A DNA stretch of 64,000 nucleotides from NCBI GenBank assembly GCA_017499595.2, contig CM039000.1:1-64000 (forward strand), written 5' to 3'. A program made the position numbers and the translations under genes. Every line of letters begins with the position of its first letter. Within the stretch, counting starts at the first letter, position 1. This document shows, piece by piece, positions 20,401-30,563 of this stretch. Below the pieces are notes generated by a model. The model was given only the letters and a program-made list of their open reading frames with translations, had not been told where the DNA came from and searched no databases. This DNA comes from Psilocybe cubensis. Taxonomy: Eukaryota.

Positions 20401-20986
20401 GCGATTCGCTTTACGAGTCGCAGAGCACGACGAATCCATTCTTGTACTTAAAACCAGATTTGATCAGGTATGGAATTGGTTTTCAGCTGCTGAACTTGGA
20501 AAAACTGTTACCGAGTACTGGTCGGCATGGTATGAACATGCCGAGAAAGGTTTGTATAGTGCAGACTCGTCCAGACCCCTTATCAAACCAGATCCAAATT
20601 ACGTTCACGACCTCGATGATGTTCGCCCGGAGCTGTTCACACAGATCCTCGTGGACGGAGAAACTGAGTTCGTACCGGATTTGAGGAAGATAGGACTACT
20701 CGGAAGTCGTTGGATAGTATCGCGAAAACGCAATACTAATCTTTTCGACCTTGCAAATGTGTGGAAGAAAACAGTCTTTCGTAAACTGGATGAAGACATC
20801 GCTGAAAAAGGTGGTGTTGTTCCCGAAACTCAAAACGTTAATGAAACTTATCATTCTGCTTTAGTTGAAGCTGCTGAGCAGATAAGTATCGAAAGTGATA
20901 ACGAGATAATACTTCATAGACGTTCAATCTCACAAGAGAGGGAACATCCAGAATTTGGCAGAATATCCAAATCTTACAACCGATGA
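17456..20986 (+). CDS. ORF1-RT polyprotein (1176 aa)
   Basis: Intact; a few substitutions relative to copy 1. Confidence 0.93.
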   Translation: MSSQYSAAFSRAMSPTLDALTQAVVNNTVFGVNDEAGRHNALIDELATVVIKKIAECRSVDQVIDCVFFDYRAALREFLLNLASWCDKRETVKASLERLESAVSAGNTPNRLKVKAPEFQLTKEFANAGSAEALRVSTTFSTARDAFQKAINDGAIQAKKDELTFWDDKCALNSCYEAAALIVKATYDDRKSSYKLPVFSTDNKGVRRIAEWVVSPQKKAECSALQTILPAIFSHIKQIVNMRHRALAIKIEKKRTTAATADVEMADATKPGPSIQSLIDKGLNARLKKLNLGSVGKKASFRNPSPIILDTNYYSNYPDFVWPEFIQGSSTSGQESWPFETQVVVDAFATQASNQGFQQGRQQEEREGESSRQERSKGKGKGKSLDARSNVVPFTSVRPAFPNSIPDDILTMTKTDAVSFVHLHTPISFLLAGQYRSSVHCSPGVSVPVDVANDLSLGLNYMFFTLPSKSLIMQAWNDFQRRIRWRIYFLFKEGMNKPFDPDYGVSSKKKEKPPVLPQYMELGLSMGRRYVQRTIASIPEEALTEMRKHAFSPKRDKIRKFLIDNNYVITMTDKNLGLAVSERDWILRNELNLLEDERNYEELEFEVAQEVMKSKMIQMQTLARTVEDEHLFLFELGLSRFFLSNVPEDGSSFKYPQFHGIPKIHKKPTGFRPIIPCHSVVFNPAAKFVSKELKPIIKSTPSIIHGTKDLFTRLSQLRIDSKRQWYFVTGDVVAFYPNIPLDLCIEIVCSMYEEWLLNASEENTALAHINPNSLENNLVKLGIFKRAIEIGNTQLITQHGSRYFRQKNGLAMGVADSPDLANLFGAHFEIKSKILDHPNVAFYGRYIDDCFAIVYAESEALALNLIKETIKFDGCVIEWAVSSSGCQFLDAFIFKESGKLHWKPFVKTGNNRERVPWVSHHPLDVKRGVYIGELSRLAVLCSTKEIYIGAIRDLNALYLMRGYPENLVISWCKKNIQERWEKRFALRVAEHDESILVLKTRFDQVWNWFSAAELGKTVTEYWSAWYEHAEKGLYSADSSRPLIKPDPNYVHDLDDVRPELFTQILVDGETEFVPDLRKIGLLGSRWIVSRKRNTNLFDLANVWKKTVFRKLDEDIAEKGGVVPETQNVNETYHSALVEAAEQISIESDNEIILHRRSISQEREHPEFGRISKSYNR

Positions 20987-21701
20987 AAAGAATACTAGCG
21001 CTTAAGGCGTAAAGCATTAGAAAAAAACCCTAACCGTAAGTATTCCTTGCTATAAAGTAACAAACATCTACTTACAAGCAACACATTGGATTGAATAGCT
21101 AAACCTAAACCTAAACCCTAAACCCTAAACCCTAAACCCTAACCTAACCCCAACCCTAAGCTAACTAAGTCTAACCTTAGTAGGAAGTAAGGTAGGCGTG
21201 TGAACTTCCGAACGGCATGTGATTGTGAAGGGCCGGATCTAATTTAGTACATGGGAAAAGTTACTTAGTACTTCGGGAAAAGTTCCTTAGTACCGTGGAA
21301 ACATTTTTGATGGACCGGATCATGAACTGTCCAATTAAGATTCACAACAATCAATCATTCTATTGTTTGATTGTTAGGTAAGGACCCAGGTAAGTTATTT
21401 ATACTCTAGACATGTGAATATTCCCATGTCGCGGTTACTCGGAGCCACGTAACCAGAGTAATCTATATCCATGTGATTCACATCACAGTCAATAACCCAC
21501 GATGTCAAAGAACAAAAGTGTTGGATCCACTTTTGACAGGTTACCATGTGCCACATCGACCCGTGACACTCTGTTCATCAGAGACCTGTCTAACTTGACA
21601 ATAAACATTGACAGATTTGTGATAGTCGGTAAGATACATGACAGCTGCGCAGCATCACTTCACGCGCTGTCATCGGATGTCTAGAACATTCCTTCTAAGA
21701 A

Positions 21702-21768
21702 TAGCCACTGAAGAGTCTATAAAGACGAAAGGGCTGGTTGTTGGGATCCCCCAACAGCCCTCTGGCTA
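21702..21768 (+). ncRNA. Intact hammerhead ribozyme (3' pLTR of copy 4)
   Basis: Same sequence as 6089-6155. Confidence 0.9.
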
Positions 21769-21887
21769 CTTTCCATTTAACTCCCAGTTTAAACTAGTCG
21801 CTCGCACCTCGCTTCGCTCGGTGCTCGCTCCCCCCCTAAACCCTAAACCCTAAACCCTAAAACCCTAAACCCTAAACCCTAACCCCC

Positions 21888-24800
21888 AAAAAGGACGAAC
21901 TGGCCTTTTGGGAGGATAAATGCGCACTCGCTTCTTGCTATGAAGCTGCTGCGGTCATCGTTAAGACAACTTACGAAGACCGCAAGTCCAGCTATAAGCT
22001 CCCCGTTTTCTCTACAGACAACAAGGGAGTTCGTCGCATAGCAGAGTGGGTAACGTCGCCGCAAAAGAAAGCCGAGTGCAGTGCGCTGCAAACTATACTG
22101 CCGGCTATCTTTTCTCATATCAAACAAATTGTCAAATTGCGCCACCGCGCTTTGGCAATTAAGATTGAGAAAAAGCGGTCGACCGCGGCTACAGCCGATG
22201 TCGAGATGGCCGACGCGACCAAACCAGGTCCGTCGATTCAATCCCTTATTGATAAGGGCTTGAATGCACGTCTTAAGAAGCTCAACCTTGGATATGTGGG
22301 CAAGAAGGCAGGTTTTCGTAACCCTTCACCCATAACTTTGGATACTAATTATTATTCTAATTACCCAGACTTCGTCTGGCCAGAGTTCGTCCAAGGCTCC
22401 TCAACCTCAGGCCAAGAAAACTGGCCCTTCGAAACCCAAGTCGTCGTCGACGCCTTCGCAACGCAAGCCTCAAACCAAGGCTTCCAACAAGGTCGACAAC
22501 AAGAAGAAAGGGAAGGGGAGAGCTCCCGTCAAGAACAACAATCCAAAGGGAAAGGGAAAGGCAAGAGCCTAAACGCGCGGTCTAATGTAGTACCTTTTAC
22601 GTCGGTAAGACCCGCTTTCCCCAACTCTATTCCTGACGATATACTCACCATGACTAAAACAGACGCAGTTTCATTTGTACACCTCAATACCCCAATTTCT
22701 TTCTTATTGGCTGGCCAGTATAGATCTAGTGTACATTGTAGTCCTGGTGTTGTAGTTCCGGTTGATGTAGCAAACGACTTATCTCTCGGTTTAAATTATA
22801 TGTTTTTCACACTGCCTTCTCAAAGTCTGATCATGCAAGCATGGAATGATTTTCAACGAAGAATAAGATGGCGTATCTATTTTTTGTTTAAAGAAGGCAT
22901 GAATAAACCTTTTGATCCAGATTATGGAGTAAGTTCTAAGAAAAAAGAAAAACCTCCTGTATTACCGCAATTTATGGAACTTGGCCTTTCAATGGGACGT
23001 CGGTACGTTATTAAAACGATCGCAAGTATCCCGGAAGAAGCCCTCAAGGAGATGCGAAAGCACGCGTTCTCTCCTAAAAGGGACAAGATCCAAAAGTTTC
23101 TTATCGATAACAACTATGTTATTACGATGACAGATAAGAATCTTGGCCTCGCGGTGTCTGAACGCGACTGGATATTAAGGAATGAGCTCAATCTTCTTGA
23201 AGATGAACGTAATTACGAAGAGCTAGAATTCGAAGTTGCGCAAGAAGTAATGAAGAGCAAAATGATCCAGATGCAAACTCTTGCACGTACCGTCGAAGAT
23301 GAACATCTGTTTCTATTTGAACTTGGGTTGTCTCGATTCTTTCTATCGAATGTACCGGAAGACGGATCATCGTTCAAGTATCCTCAATTTCATGGTATAC
23401 CTAAAATCCACAAAAAACCTACTGGATTTAGGCCCATAATTCCGTGTCACTCTGTAGTATTTAATCCTGCAGCCAAGTTTGTATCAAAAGAGCTTAAGCC
23501 AATTATTAAATCGACTCCTTCAATCATTCACGGAACGAAGGATCTCTTTACGAGATTAAGCCAATTGCGTATAGACCCCAAACGACAATGGTATTTTGTC
23601 ACCGGGGATGTAGTTGCTTTCTATCCCAATATTCCGTTGGACTTGTGCATCGAAATCGTTTGTAATATGTACGAGGAATGGTTACTCAACGCTTCGGAAG
23701 AAAACACTGCATTAGCCCATATTAATCCAAATTCGTTAGAGAATAACTTGGTTAAATTGGGCATCTTTAAACGTGCTATCGAGATTGGCAATACGCAATT
23801 GATAACACAACATGGGTCTAGATATTTTAGACAAAAAAATGGCCTCGCAATGGGCGTCGCGGATTCTCCGGACCTTGCTAACCTCTTTGGAGCCCATTTT
23901 GAAATAAAGTCAAAAATCTTAGACCACCCAAACGTGGCCTTCTATGGAAGGTACATCGACGATTGTTTCGCAATTGTTTACGCCGAGTCCGAAGCACTTG
24001 CACTTAATCTTATTAAAGAAACAATAAAGTTCGATGGTTGTGTTATCGAATGGGCTGTTTCCTCGTCGGGATGTCAATTTCTCGATGCTTTCATATTCAA
24101 GGAGTCTGGAAAACTTCATTGGAAGCCATTTGTCAAGACAGGAAACAACCGAGAACGAGTTCCATGGGTATCACATCATCCTTTGGACGTCAAACGTGGC
24201 GTCTACATTGGAGAGTTATCCAGGTTAGCCGTGCTATGTAGTACCAAGGAAATCTACATCGGAGCAATTAGAGACCTTAACGCTCTCTATTTGATGCGCG
24301 GTTATCCCGAAAACCTAGTCATGTCTTGGTGTAAGAAGAATATACAAGAACGTTGGGAAAAGCGATTCGCTTTACGAGTCGCAGAGCACGACGAATCCAT
24401 TCTTGTACTTAAAACCAGATTTGATCAGGTATGGAATTGGTTTTCAGCTGCTGAACTTGGAAAGACTGTTACCGAGTACTGGTCGGCATGGTATGAACAT
24501 GCCGAGAAAGGTCTGTATAGTGCAGACTCGTCCAGACCCCTTATCAAACCAGATCCAAATTACGTTCACGACCTCGATGATGTTCGCCCGGAGCTGTTCA
24601 CACAGATCCTCGTGGACGGAGAAACTGAGTTCGTACCGGATTTGAGGAAGATAGGACTACTCGGAAGTCGTTGGATAGTATCGCGAAAGCGCAATACTAA
24701 TCTTTTCGACCTTGCAAATGTGTGGAAGAAAACAGTCTTTCGTAAACTGGATGAAAACATCGCTGAAAAAGGTGGTGTTGTTCCCGAAACTCAAAACGTT

Positions 24801-24947
24801 AATGAAACTTATCATTCTGCTCTAGTTGAAGCTGCTGAACAGATAAGTATCGAAAGTGATAACGAGATAATACTTCATAGACGTTCAACCTCACAAGAGA
24901 GGGAACATCCAGAATTCGGCAGAATATCCAAATCTTACAACCGATGA
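21888..24947 (+). CDS. 5'-truncated ORF1-RT (RT domain intact)
   Basis: In frame with the 22137-24947 ORF track entry; native start lost. Confidence 0.75.
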   Translation, partial: KKDELAFWEDKCALASCYEAAAVIVKTTYEDRKSSYKLPVFSTDNKGVRRIAEWVTSPQKKAECSALQTILPAIFSHIKQIVKLRHRALAIKIEKKRSTAATADVEMADATKPGPSIQSLIDKGLNARLKKLNLGYVGKKAGFRNPSPITLDTNYYSNYPDFVWPEFVQGSSTSGQENWPFETQVVVDAFATQASNQGFQQGRQQEEREGESSRQEQQSKGKGKGKSLNARSNVVPFTSVRPAFPNSIPDDILTMTKTDAVSFVHLNTPISFLLAGQYRSSVHCSPGVVVPVDVANDLSLGLNYMFFTLPSQSLIMQAWNDFQRRIRWRIYFLFKEGMNKPFDPDYGVSSKKKEKPPVLPQFMELGLSMGRRYVIKTIASIPEEALKEMRKHAFSPKRDKIQKFLIDNNYVITMTDKNLGLAVSERDWILRNELNLLEDERNYEELEFEVAQEVMKSKMIQMQTLARTVEDEHLFLFELGLSRFFLSNVPEDGSSFKYPQFHGIPKIHKKPTGFRPIIPCHSVVFNPAAKFVSKELKPIIKSTPSIIHGTKDLFTRLSQLRIDPKRQWYFVTGDVVAFYPNIPLDLCIEIVCNMYEEWLLNASEENTALAHINPNSLENNLVKLGIFKRAIEIGNTQLITQHGSRYFRQKNGLAMGVADSPDLANLFGAHFEIKSKILDHPNVAFYGRYIDDCFAIVYAESEALALNLIKETIKFDGCVIEWAVSSSGCQFLDAFIFKESGKLHWKPFVKTGNNRERVPWVSHHPLDVKRGVYIGELSRLAVLCSTKEIYIGAIRDLNALYLMRGYPENLVMSWCKKNIQERWEKRFALRVAEHDESILVLKTRFDQVWNWFSAAELGKTVTEYWSAWYEHAEKGLYSADSSRPLIKPDPNYVHDLDDVRPELFTQILVDGETEFVPDLRKIGLLGSRWIVSRKRNTNLFDLANVWKKTVFRKLDENIAEKGGVVPETQNVNETYHSALVEAAEQISIESDNEIILHRRSTSQEREHPEFGRISKSYNR

Positions 24948-25795
24948 AAAGAATACTAGCGCGTAAGGCGTAAAGCATTAGAAAAAAACCCTAACCGTAA
25001 GTATTCCTTGCTATAAAGTAACAAACATCTACTTACAAGCAACACTTTGGATTAAATAGCTAAACCTAAACCCTAAACCCTAAACCCTAAACCCTAACCT
25101 AACCCCAACCCTAAGCTAACTAAGTCTAACCTTAGTAGGAAGTAAGGTAGGCGTGTGAACTTCCGAACGGCATGTGATTGTGAAGGGCCGGATCTAATTT
25201 AGTACATGGGAAAAGTTACTTAGTACTTCGGGAAAAGTTCCTTAGTACCGTGGAAACATTTTTGATGGACCGGATCATGAACTGTCCAATTAAGATTCAC
25301 AACAATCAATCATTCTATTGTTTGATTGTTAGGTAAGGACCCAGGTAAGCTATTTATACTCTAGACATGTGAATATTCCCATGTCGCGGTTACTCGGAGC
25401 CACGTAACCAGAGTAATCTATATCCATGTGATTCACATCACAGTCAATAACCCACGATGTCAAAGAACAAAAGTGTTGGATCCACTTTTGACAGGTTACC
25501 ATGTGCCACATCGACCCGTGACACTCTGTTCATCAGAGACCTGTCTAACTTGACAATAAACATTGACAGATTTGTGATAGTCGGTAAGATACATGACAGC
25601 TGCGCAGCATCACTTCACGCGCTGTCATCGGATGTCTAGAACATTCCTTCTAAGAATAGCCACTGAAGAGTCTATAAAGACGAAAGGGCTGGTTGTTGGG
25701 ATCCCCCAACAGCCCTCTGGCTTCTTTCCATTTTAACTCCCAGTTTAAACTAGTCGCTCGCACCTCGCTTCGCTCGGTGCTCGCTCCCCCCCTAA
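21888..25795 (+). mobile_element. PLE copy 5, subfamily C, 5'-truncated inside the ORF; intact hammerhead at ~25657-25722
   Basis: Preceded by telomeric tract 21844-21887; starts at AAA AAG GAC (KKDEL). Confidence 0.9.
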
Positions 25796-25825
25796 CCCCT
25801 AAAACCCTAAACCCTAAACCCTAAC

Positions 25826-28800
25826 CCGGAAATGAACCTGTGGCTGTAATGGCTGATGTGGCGCCCCTTGGTAAAGGGCTTAAAGGGTATTAGCCTGCCA
25901 TGTCCAATGGCATGAGAGTGTCCCTTGGTAAAGGACTTAATAGGCAATAGCCTGCTCTTTTGTCATGAGCGGTATGTAGTGATCGTTTGCCTGTACGGTA
26001 GCGCCCATTGCTTGCACTGGTCCACGCCCGTAAAAAATCACGAGCCGCTGGCTTCTTTCCATTTTAACTCCCAGTTTAAACTAGTCGCTCGCACCTCGCT
26101 TCGCTCGGTGCTCGCTCCCCCCCTAAACCCAACGACTTTGCTATCACCCATCAGCCACTATGTCATCCCAATATTCTGCTGCTTTCTCTCGTGCCATGTC
26201 CCCCACCCTGGACGCACTCACCCAGGCCGTCGTCAACAACACCGTCTTCGGCGTCAACGATGAAGCAGGCCGCCAAAACGCTCTCATCGACGAGCTGGCC
26301 ACTGTGGTCATCAAGAAAATAGCTGAGTGCCGCTCCGTTGATCAAATAATAGACTGCGTCTTTTTTGACTATCGCGCTGCCCTTAGGGAGTTTCTCCTCA
26401 ACCTCGCATCGTGGTGCGACAAGAGGGAAACAGTCAGGGCTAGCCTTGAGCGCCTTGAACTTGCCGTTAGCGCAGGCAGCACCCCCAATCGCCTTAAGGT
26501 GAAGGCTCCCGAGTTCCAACTCACGAAGGAATTCGCGGATGCCGGGTCAGCGGAGGCTCTTCGAGTCTCTACTACGTTCTCCACCGCTCGTGACGTCTTC
26601 CAAAAGGCGATTAACGACGGCGCCATTCAGGCGAAAAAGGACGAACTGGCCTTTTGGGAGGATAAATGCGCACTCGCTTCTTGCTATGAAGCTGCTGCGG
26701 TCATCGTTAAGACAACTTACGAAGACCGCAAGTCCAGCTATAAGCTCCCCGTTTTCTCTACAGACAACAAGGGAGTTCGTCGCATAGCAGAGTGGGTAAC
26801 GTCGCCGCAAAAGAAAGCCGAGTGCAGTGCGCTGCAAACTATACTGCCGGCTATCTTTTCTCATATCAAACAAATTGTCAAATTGCGCCACCGCGCTTTG
26901 GCAATTAAGATTGAGAAAAAGCGGTCGACCGCGGCTACAGCCGATGTCGAGATGGCCGACGCGACCAAACCAGGTCCGTCGATTCAATCCCTTATTGATA
27001 AGGGCTTGAATGCACGTCTTAAGAAGCTCAACCTTGGATATGTGGGCAAGAAGGCAGGTTTTCGTAACCCTTCACCCATAACTTTGGATACTAATTATTA
27101 TTCTAATTACCCAGACTTCGTCTGGCCAGAGTTCGTCCAAGGCTCCTCAACCTCAGGCCAAGAAAACTGGCCCTTCGAAACCCAAGTCGTCGTCGACGCC
27201 TTCGCAACGCAAGCCTCAAACCAAGGCTTCCAACAAGGTCGACAACAAGAAGAAAGGGAAGGGGAGAGCTCCCGTCAAGAACAACGATCCAAAGGGAAAG
27301 GGAAAGGCAAGAGCCTAAACGCGCGGTCTAATGTAGTACCTTTTACGTCGGTAAGACCCGCTTTCCCCAACTCTATTCCTGACGATATACTCACCATGAC
27401 TAAAACAGACGCAGTTTCATTTGTACACCTCAATACCCCAATTTCTTTCTTATTGGCTGGCCAGTATAGATCTAGTGTACATTGTAGTCCTGGTGTTGTA
27501 GTTCCGGTTGATGTAGCAAACGACTTATCTCTCGGTTTAAATTATATGTTTTTCACACTGCCTTCTCAAAGTCTGATCATGCAAGCATGGAATGATTTTC
27601 AACGAAGAATAAGATGGCGTATCTATTTTTTGTTTAAAGAAGGCATGAATAAACCTTTTGATCCAGATTATGGAGTAAGTTCTAAGAAAAAAGAAAAACC
27701 TCCTGTATTACCGCAATTTATGGAACTTGGCCTTTCAATGGGACGTCGGTACGTTATTAAAACGATCGCAAGTATCCCGGAAGAAGCCCTCAAGGAGATG
27801 CGAAAGCACGCGTTCTCTCCTAAAAGGGACAAGATCCAAAAGTTTCTTATCGATAACAACTATGTTATTACGATGACAGATAAGAATCTTGGCCTCGCGG
27901 TGTCTGAACGCGACTGGATATTAAGGAATGAGCTCAATCTTCTTGAAGATGAACGTAATTACGAAGAGCTAGAATTCGAAGTTGCGCAAGAAGTAATGAA
28001 GAGCAAAATGATCCAGATGCAAACTCTTGCACGTACCGTCGAAGATGAACATCTGTTTCTATTTGAACTTGGGTTGTCTCGATTCTTTCTATCGAATGTA
28101 CCGGAAGACGGATCATCGTTCAAGTATCCTCAATTTCATGGTATACCTAAAATCCACAAAAAACCTACTGGATTTAGGCCCATAATTCCGTGTCACTCTG
28201 TAGTATTTAATCCTGCAGCCAAGTTTGTATCAAAAGAGCTTAAGCCGATTATTAAATCGACTCCTTCAATCATTCACGGAACGAAGGATCTCTTTACGAG
28301 ATTAAGCCAATTGCGTATAGACCCCAAACGACAATGGTATTTTGTCACCGGGGATGTAGTTGCTTTCTATCCCAATATTCCGTTGGACTTGTGCATCGAA
28401 ATCGTTTGTAATATGTACGAGGAATGGTTACTCAACGCTTCGGAAGAAAACACTGCATTAGCCCATATTAATCCAAATTCGTTAGAGAATAACTTGGTTA
28501 AATTGGGCATCTTTAAACGTGCTATCGAGATTGGCAATACGCAATTGATAACACAACATGGGTCTAGATATTTTAGACAAAAAAATGGCCTCGCAATGGG
28601 CGTCGCGGATTCTCCGGACCTTGCTAACCTCTTTGGAGCCCATTTTGAAATAAAGTCAAAAATCTTAGACCACCCAAACGTGGCCTTCTATGGAAGGTAC
28701 ATCGACGATTGTTTCGCAATTGTTTACGCCGAGTCCGAAGCACTTGCACTTAATCTTATTAAAGAAACAATAAAGTTCGATGGTTGTGTTATCGAATGGG

Positions 28801-30545
28801 CTGTTTCCTCGTCGGGATGTCAATTTCTCGATGCTTTCATATTCAAGGAGTCTGGAAAACTTCATTGGAAGCCATTTGTCAAGACAGGAAACAACCGAGA
28901 ACGAGTTCCATGGGTATCACATCATCCTTTGGACGTCAAACGTGGCGTCTACATTGGAGAGTTATCCAGGTTAGCCGTGCTATGTAGTACCAAGGAAATC
29001 TACATCGGAGCAATTAGAGACCTTAACGCTCTCTATTTGATGCGCGGTTATCCCGAAAACCTAGTCATGTCTTGGTGTAAGAAGAATATACAAGAACGTT
29101 GGGAAAAGCGATTCGCTTTACGAGTCGCAGAGCACGACGAATCCATTCTTGTACTTAAAACCAGATTTGATCAGGTATGGAATTGGTTTTCAGCTGCTGA
29201 ACTTGGAAAGACTGTTACCGAGTACTGGTCGGCATGGTATGAACATGCCGAGAAAGGTCTGTATAGTGCAGACTCGTCCAGACCCCTTATCAAACCAGAT
29301 CCAAATTACGTTCACGACCTCGATGATGTTCGCCCGGAGCTGTTCACACAGATCCTCGTGGACGGAGAAACTGAGTTCGTACCGGATTTGAGGAAGATAG
29401 GACTACTCGGAAGTCGTTGGATAGTATCGCGAAAGCGCAATACTAATCTTTTCGACCTTGCAAATGTGTGGAAGAAAACAGTCTTTCGTAAACTGGATGA
29501 AAACATCGCTGAAAAAGGTGGTGTTGTTCCCGAAACTCAAAACGTTAATGAAACTTATCACTCTGCTCTAGTTGAAGCTGCTGAACAGATAAGTATCGAA
29601 AGTGATAACGAGATAATACTTCATAGACGTTCAATCTCACAAGAGAGGGAACATCCAGAATTCGGCAGAATATCCAAATCTTACAACCGATGAAAAGAAT
29701 ACTAGCGCGTAAGGCGTAAAGCATTAGAAAAAAACCCTAACCGTAAGTATTCCTTGCTATAAAGTAACAAACATCTACTTACAAGCAACACTTTGGATTA
29801 AATAGCTAAACCTAAACCCTAAACCCTAAACCCTAAACCCTAACCTAACCCCAACCCTAAGCTAACTAAGTCTAACCTTAGTAGGAAGTAAGGTAGGCGT
29901 GTGAACTTCCGAACGGCACGTGATTGTGAAGGGCCGGATCTAATTTAGTACATGGGAAAAGTTACTTAGTACTTCGGGAAAAGTTCCTTAGTACCGTGGA
30001 AACATTTTTGATGGACCGGATCATGAACTGTCCAATTAAGATTCACAACAATCAATCATTCTATTGTTTGATTGTTAGGTAAGGACCCAGGTAAGCTATT
30101 TATACTCTAGACATGTGAATATTCCCATGTCGCGGTTACTCGGAGCCACGTAACCAGAGTAATCTATATCCATGTGATTCACATCACAGTCAATAACCCA
30201 CGATGTCAAAGAACAAAAGTGTTGGATCCACTTTTGACAGGTTACCATGTGCCACATCGACCCGTGACACTCTGTTCATCAGAGACCTGTCTAACTTGAC
30301 AATAAACATTGACAGATTTGTGATAGTCGGTAAGATACATGACAGCTGCGCAGCATCACTTCACGCGCTGTCATCGGATGTCTAGAACATTCCTTCTAAG
30401 AATAGCCACTGAAGAGTCTATAAAGACGAAAGGGCTGGTTGTTGGGATCCCCCAACAGCCCTCTGGCTTCTTTCCATTTTAACTCCCAGTTTAAACTAGT
30501 CGCTCGCACCTCGCTTCGCTCGGTGCTCGCTCCCCCCCTAAACCC
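25826..30545 (+). mobile_element. PLE copy 6, subfamily C, 5'-truncated inside the group I intron (remnant ~25826-26047); intact hammerhead in the 3' pLTR at ~30403-30468
   Basis: Telomere repeats join CCGGAAATGAACC, which matches the intron from ~1510; the remnant runs to GAGCCG|CTGGCT. Confidence 0.9.
26160..29693 (+). CDS. ORF1-RT polyprotein (1177 aa)
   Basis: Intact, with PLE RT motifs. Confidence 0.93.
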   Translation: MSSQYSAAFSRAMSPTLDALTQAVVNNTVFGVNDEAGRQNALIDELATVVIKKIAECRSVDQIIDCVFFDYRAALREFLLNLASWCDKRETVRASLERLELAVSAGSTPNRLKVKAPEFQLTKEFADAGSAEALRVSTTFSTARDVFQKAINDGAIQAKKDELAFWEDKCALASCYEAAAVIVKTTYEDRKSSYKLPVFSTDNKGVRRIAEWVTSPQKKAECSALQTILPAIFSHIKQIVKLRHRALAIKIEKKRSTAATADVEMADATKPGPSIQSLIDKGLNARLKKLNLGYVGKKAGFRNPSPITLDTNYYSNYPDFVWPEFVQGSSTSGQENWPFETQVVVDAFATQASNQGFQQGRQQEEREGESSRQEQRSKGKGKGKSLNARSNVVPFTSVRPAFPNSIPDDILTMTKTDAVSFVHLNTPISFLLAGQYRSSVHCSPGVVVPVDVANDLSLGLNYMFFTLPSQSLIMQAWNDFQRRIRWRIYFLFKEGMNKPFDPDYGVSSKKKEKPPVLPQFMELGLSMGRRYVIKTIASIPEEALKEMRKHAFSPKRDKIQKFLIDNNYVITMTDKNLGLAVSERDWILRNELNLLEDERNYEELEFEVAQEVMKSKMIQMQTLARTVEDEHLFLFELGLSRFFLSNVPEDGSSFKYPQFHGIPKIHKKPTGFRPIIPCHSVVFNPAAKFVSKELKPIIKSTPSIIHGTKDLFTRLSQLRIDPKRQWYFVTGDVVAFYPNIPLDLCIEIVCNMYEEWLLNASEENTALAHINPNSLENNLVKLGIFKRAIEIGNTQLITQHGSRYFRQKNGLAMGVADSPDLANLFGAHFEIKSKILDHPNVAFYGRYIDDCFAIVYAESEALALNLIKETIKFDGCVIEWAVSSSGCQFLDAFIFKESGKLHWKPFVKTGNNRERVPWVSHHPLDVKRGVYIGELSRLAVLCSTKEIYIGAIRDLNALYLMRGYPENLVMSWCKKNIQERWEKRFALRVAEHDESILVLKTRFDQVWNWFSAAELGKTVTEYWSAWYEHAEKGLYSADSSRPLIKPDPNYVHDLDDVRPELFTQILVDGETEFVPDLRKIGLLGSRWIVSRKRNTNLFDLANVWKKTVFRKLDENIAEKGGVVPETQNVNETYHSALVEAAEQISIESDNEIILHRRSISQEREHPEFGRISKSYNR

Positions 30546-30563
30546 TAAACCCTAAACCCTAAA

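Larger units (their letters stand above)
15791..21843 (+). mobile_element. PLE copy 4, subfamily A, full length; 5' pLTR with group I intron, 3' pLTR (21099-21843) without
   Basis: Near-identical to copy 1 (offset 15613); fused to copy 3 through CCCTAA microhomology. Confidence 0.92.
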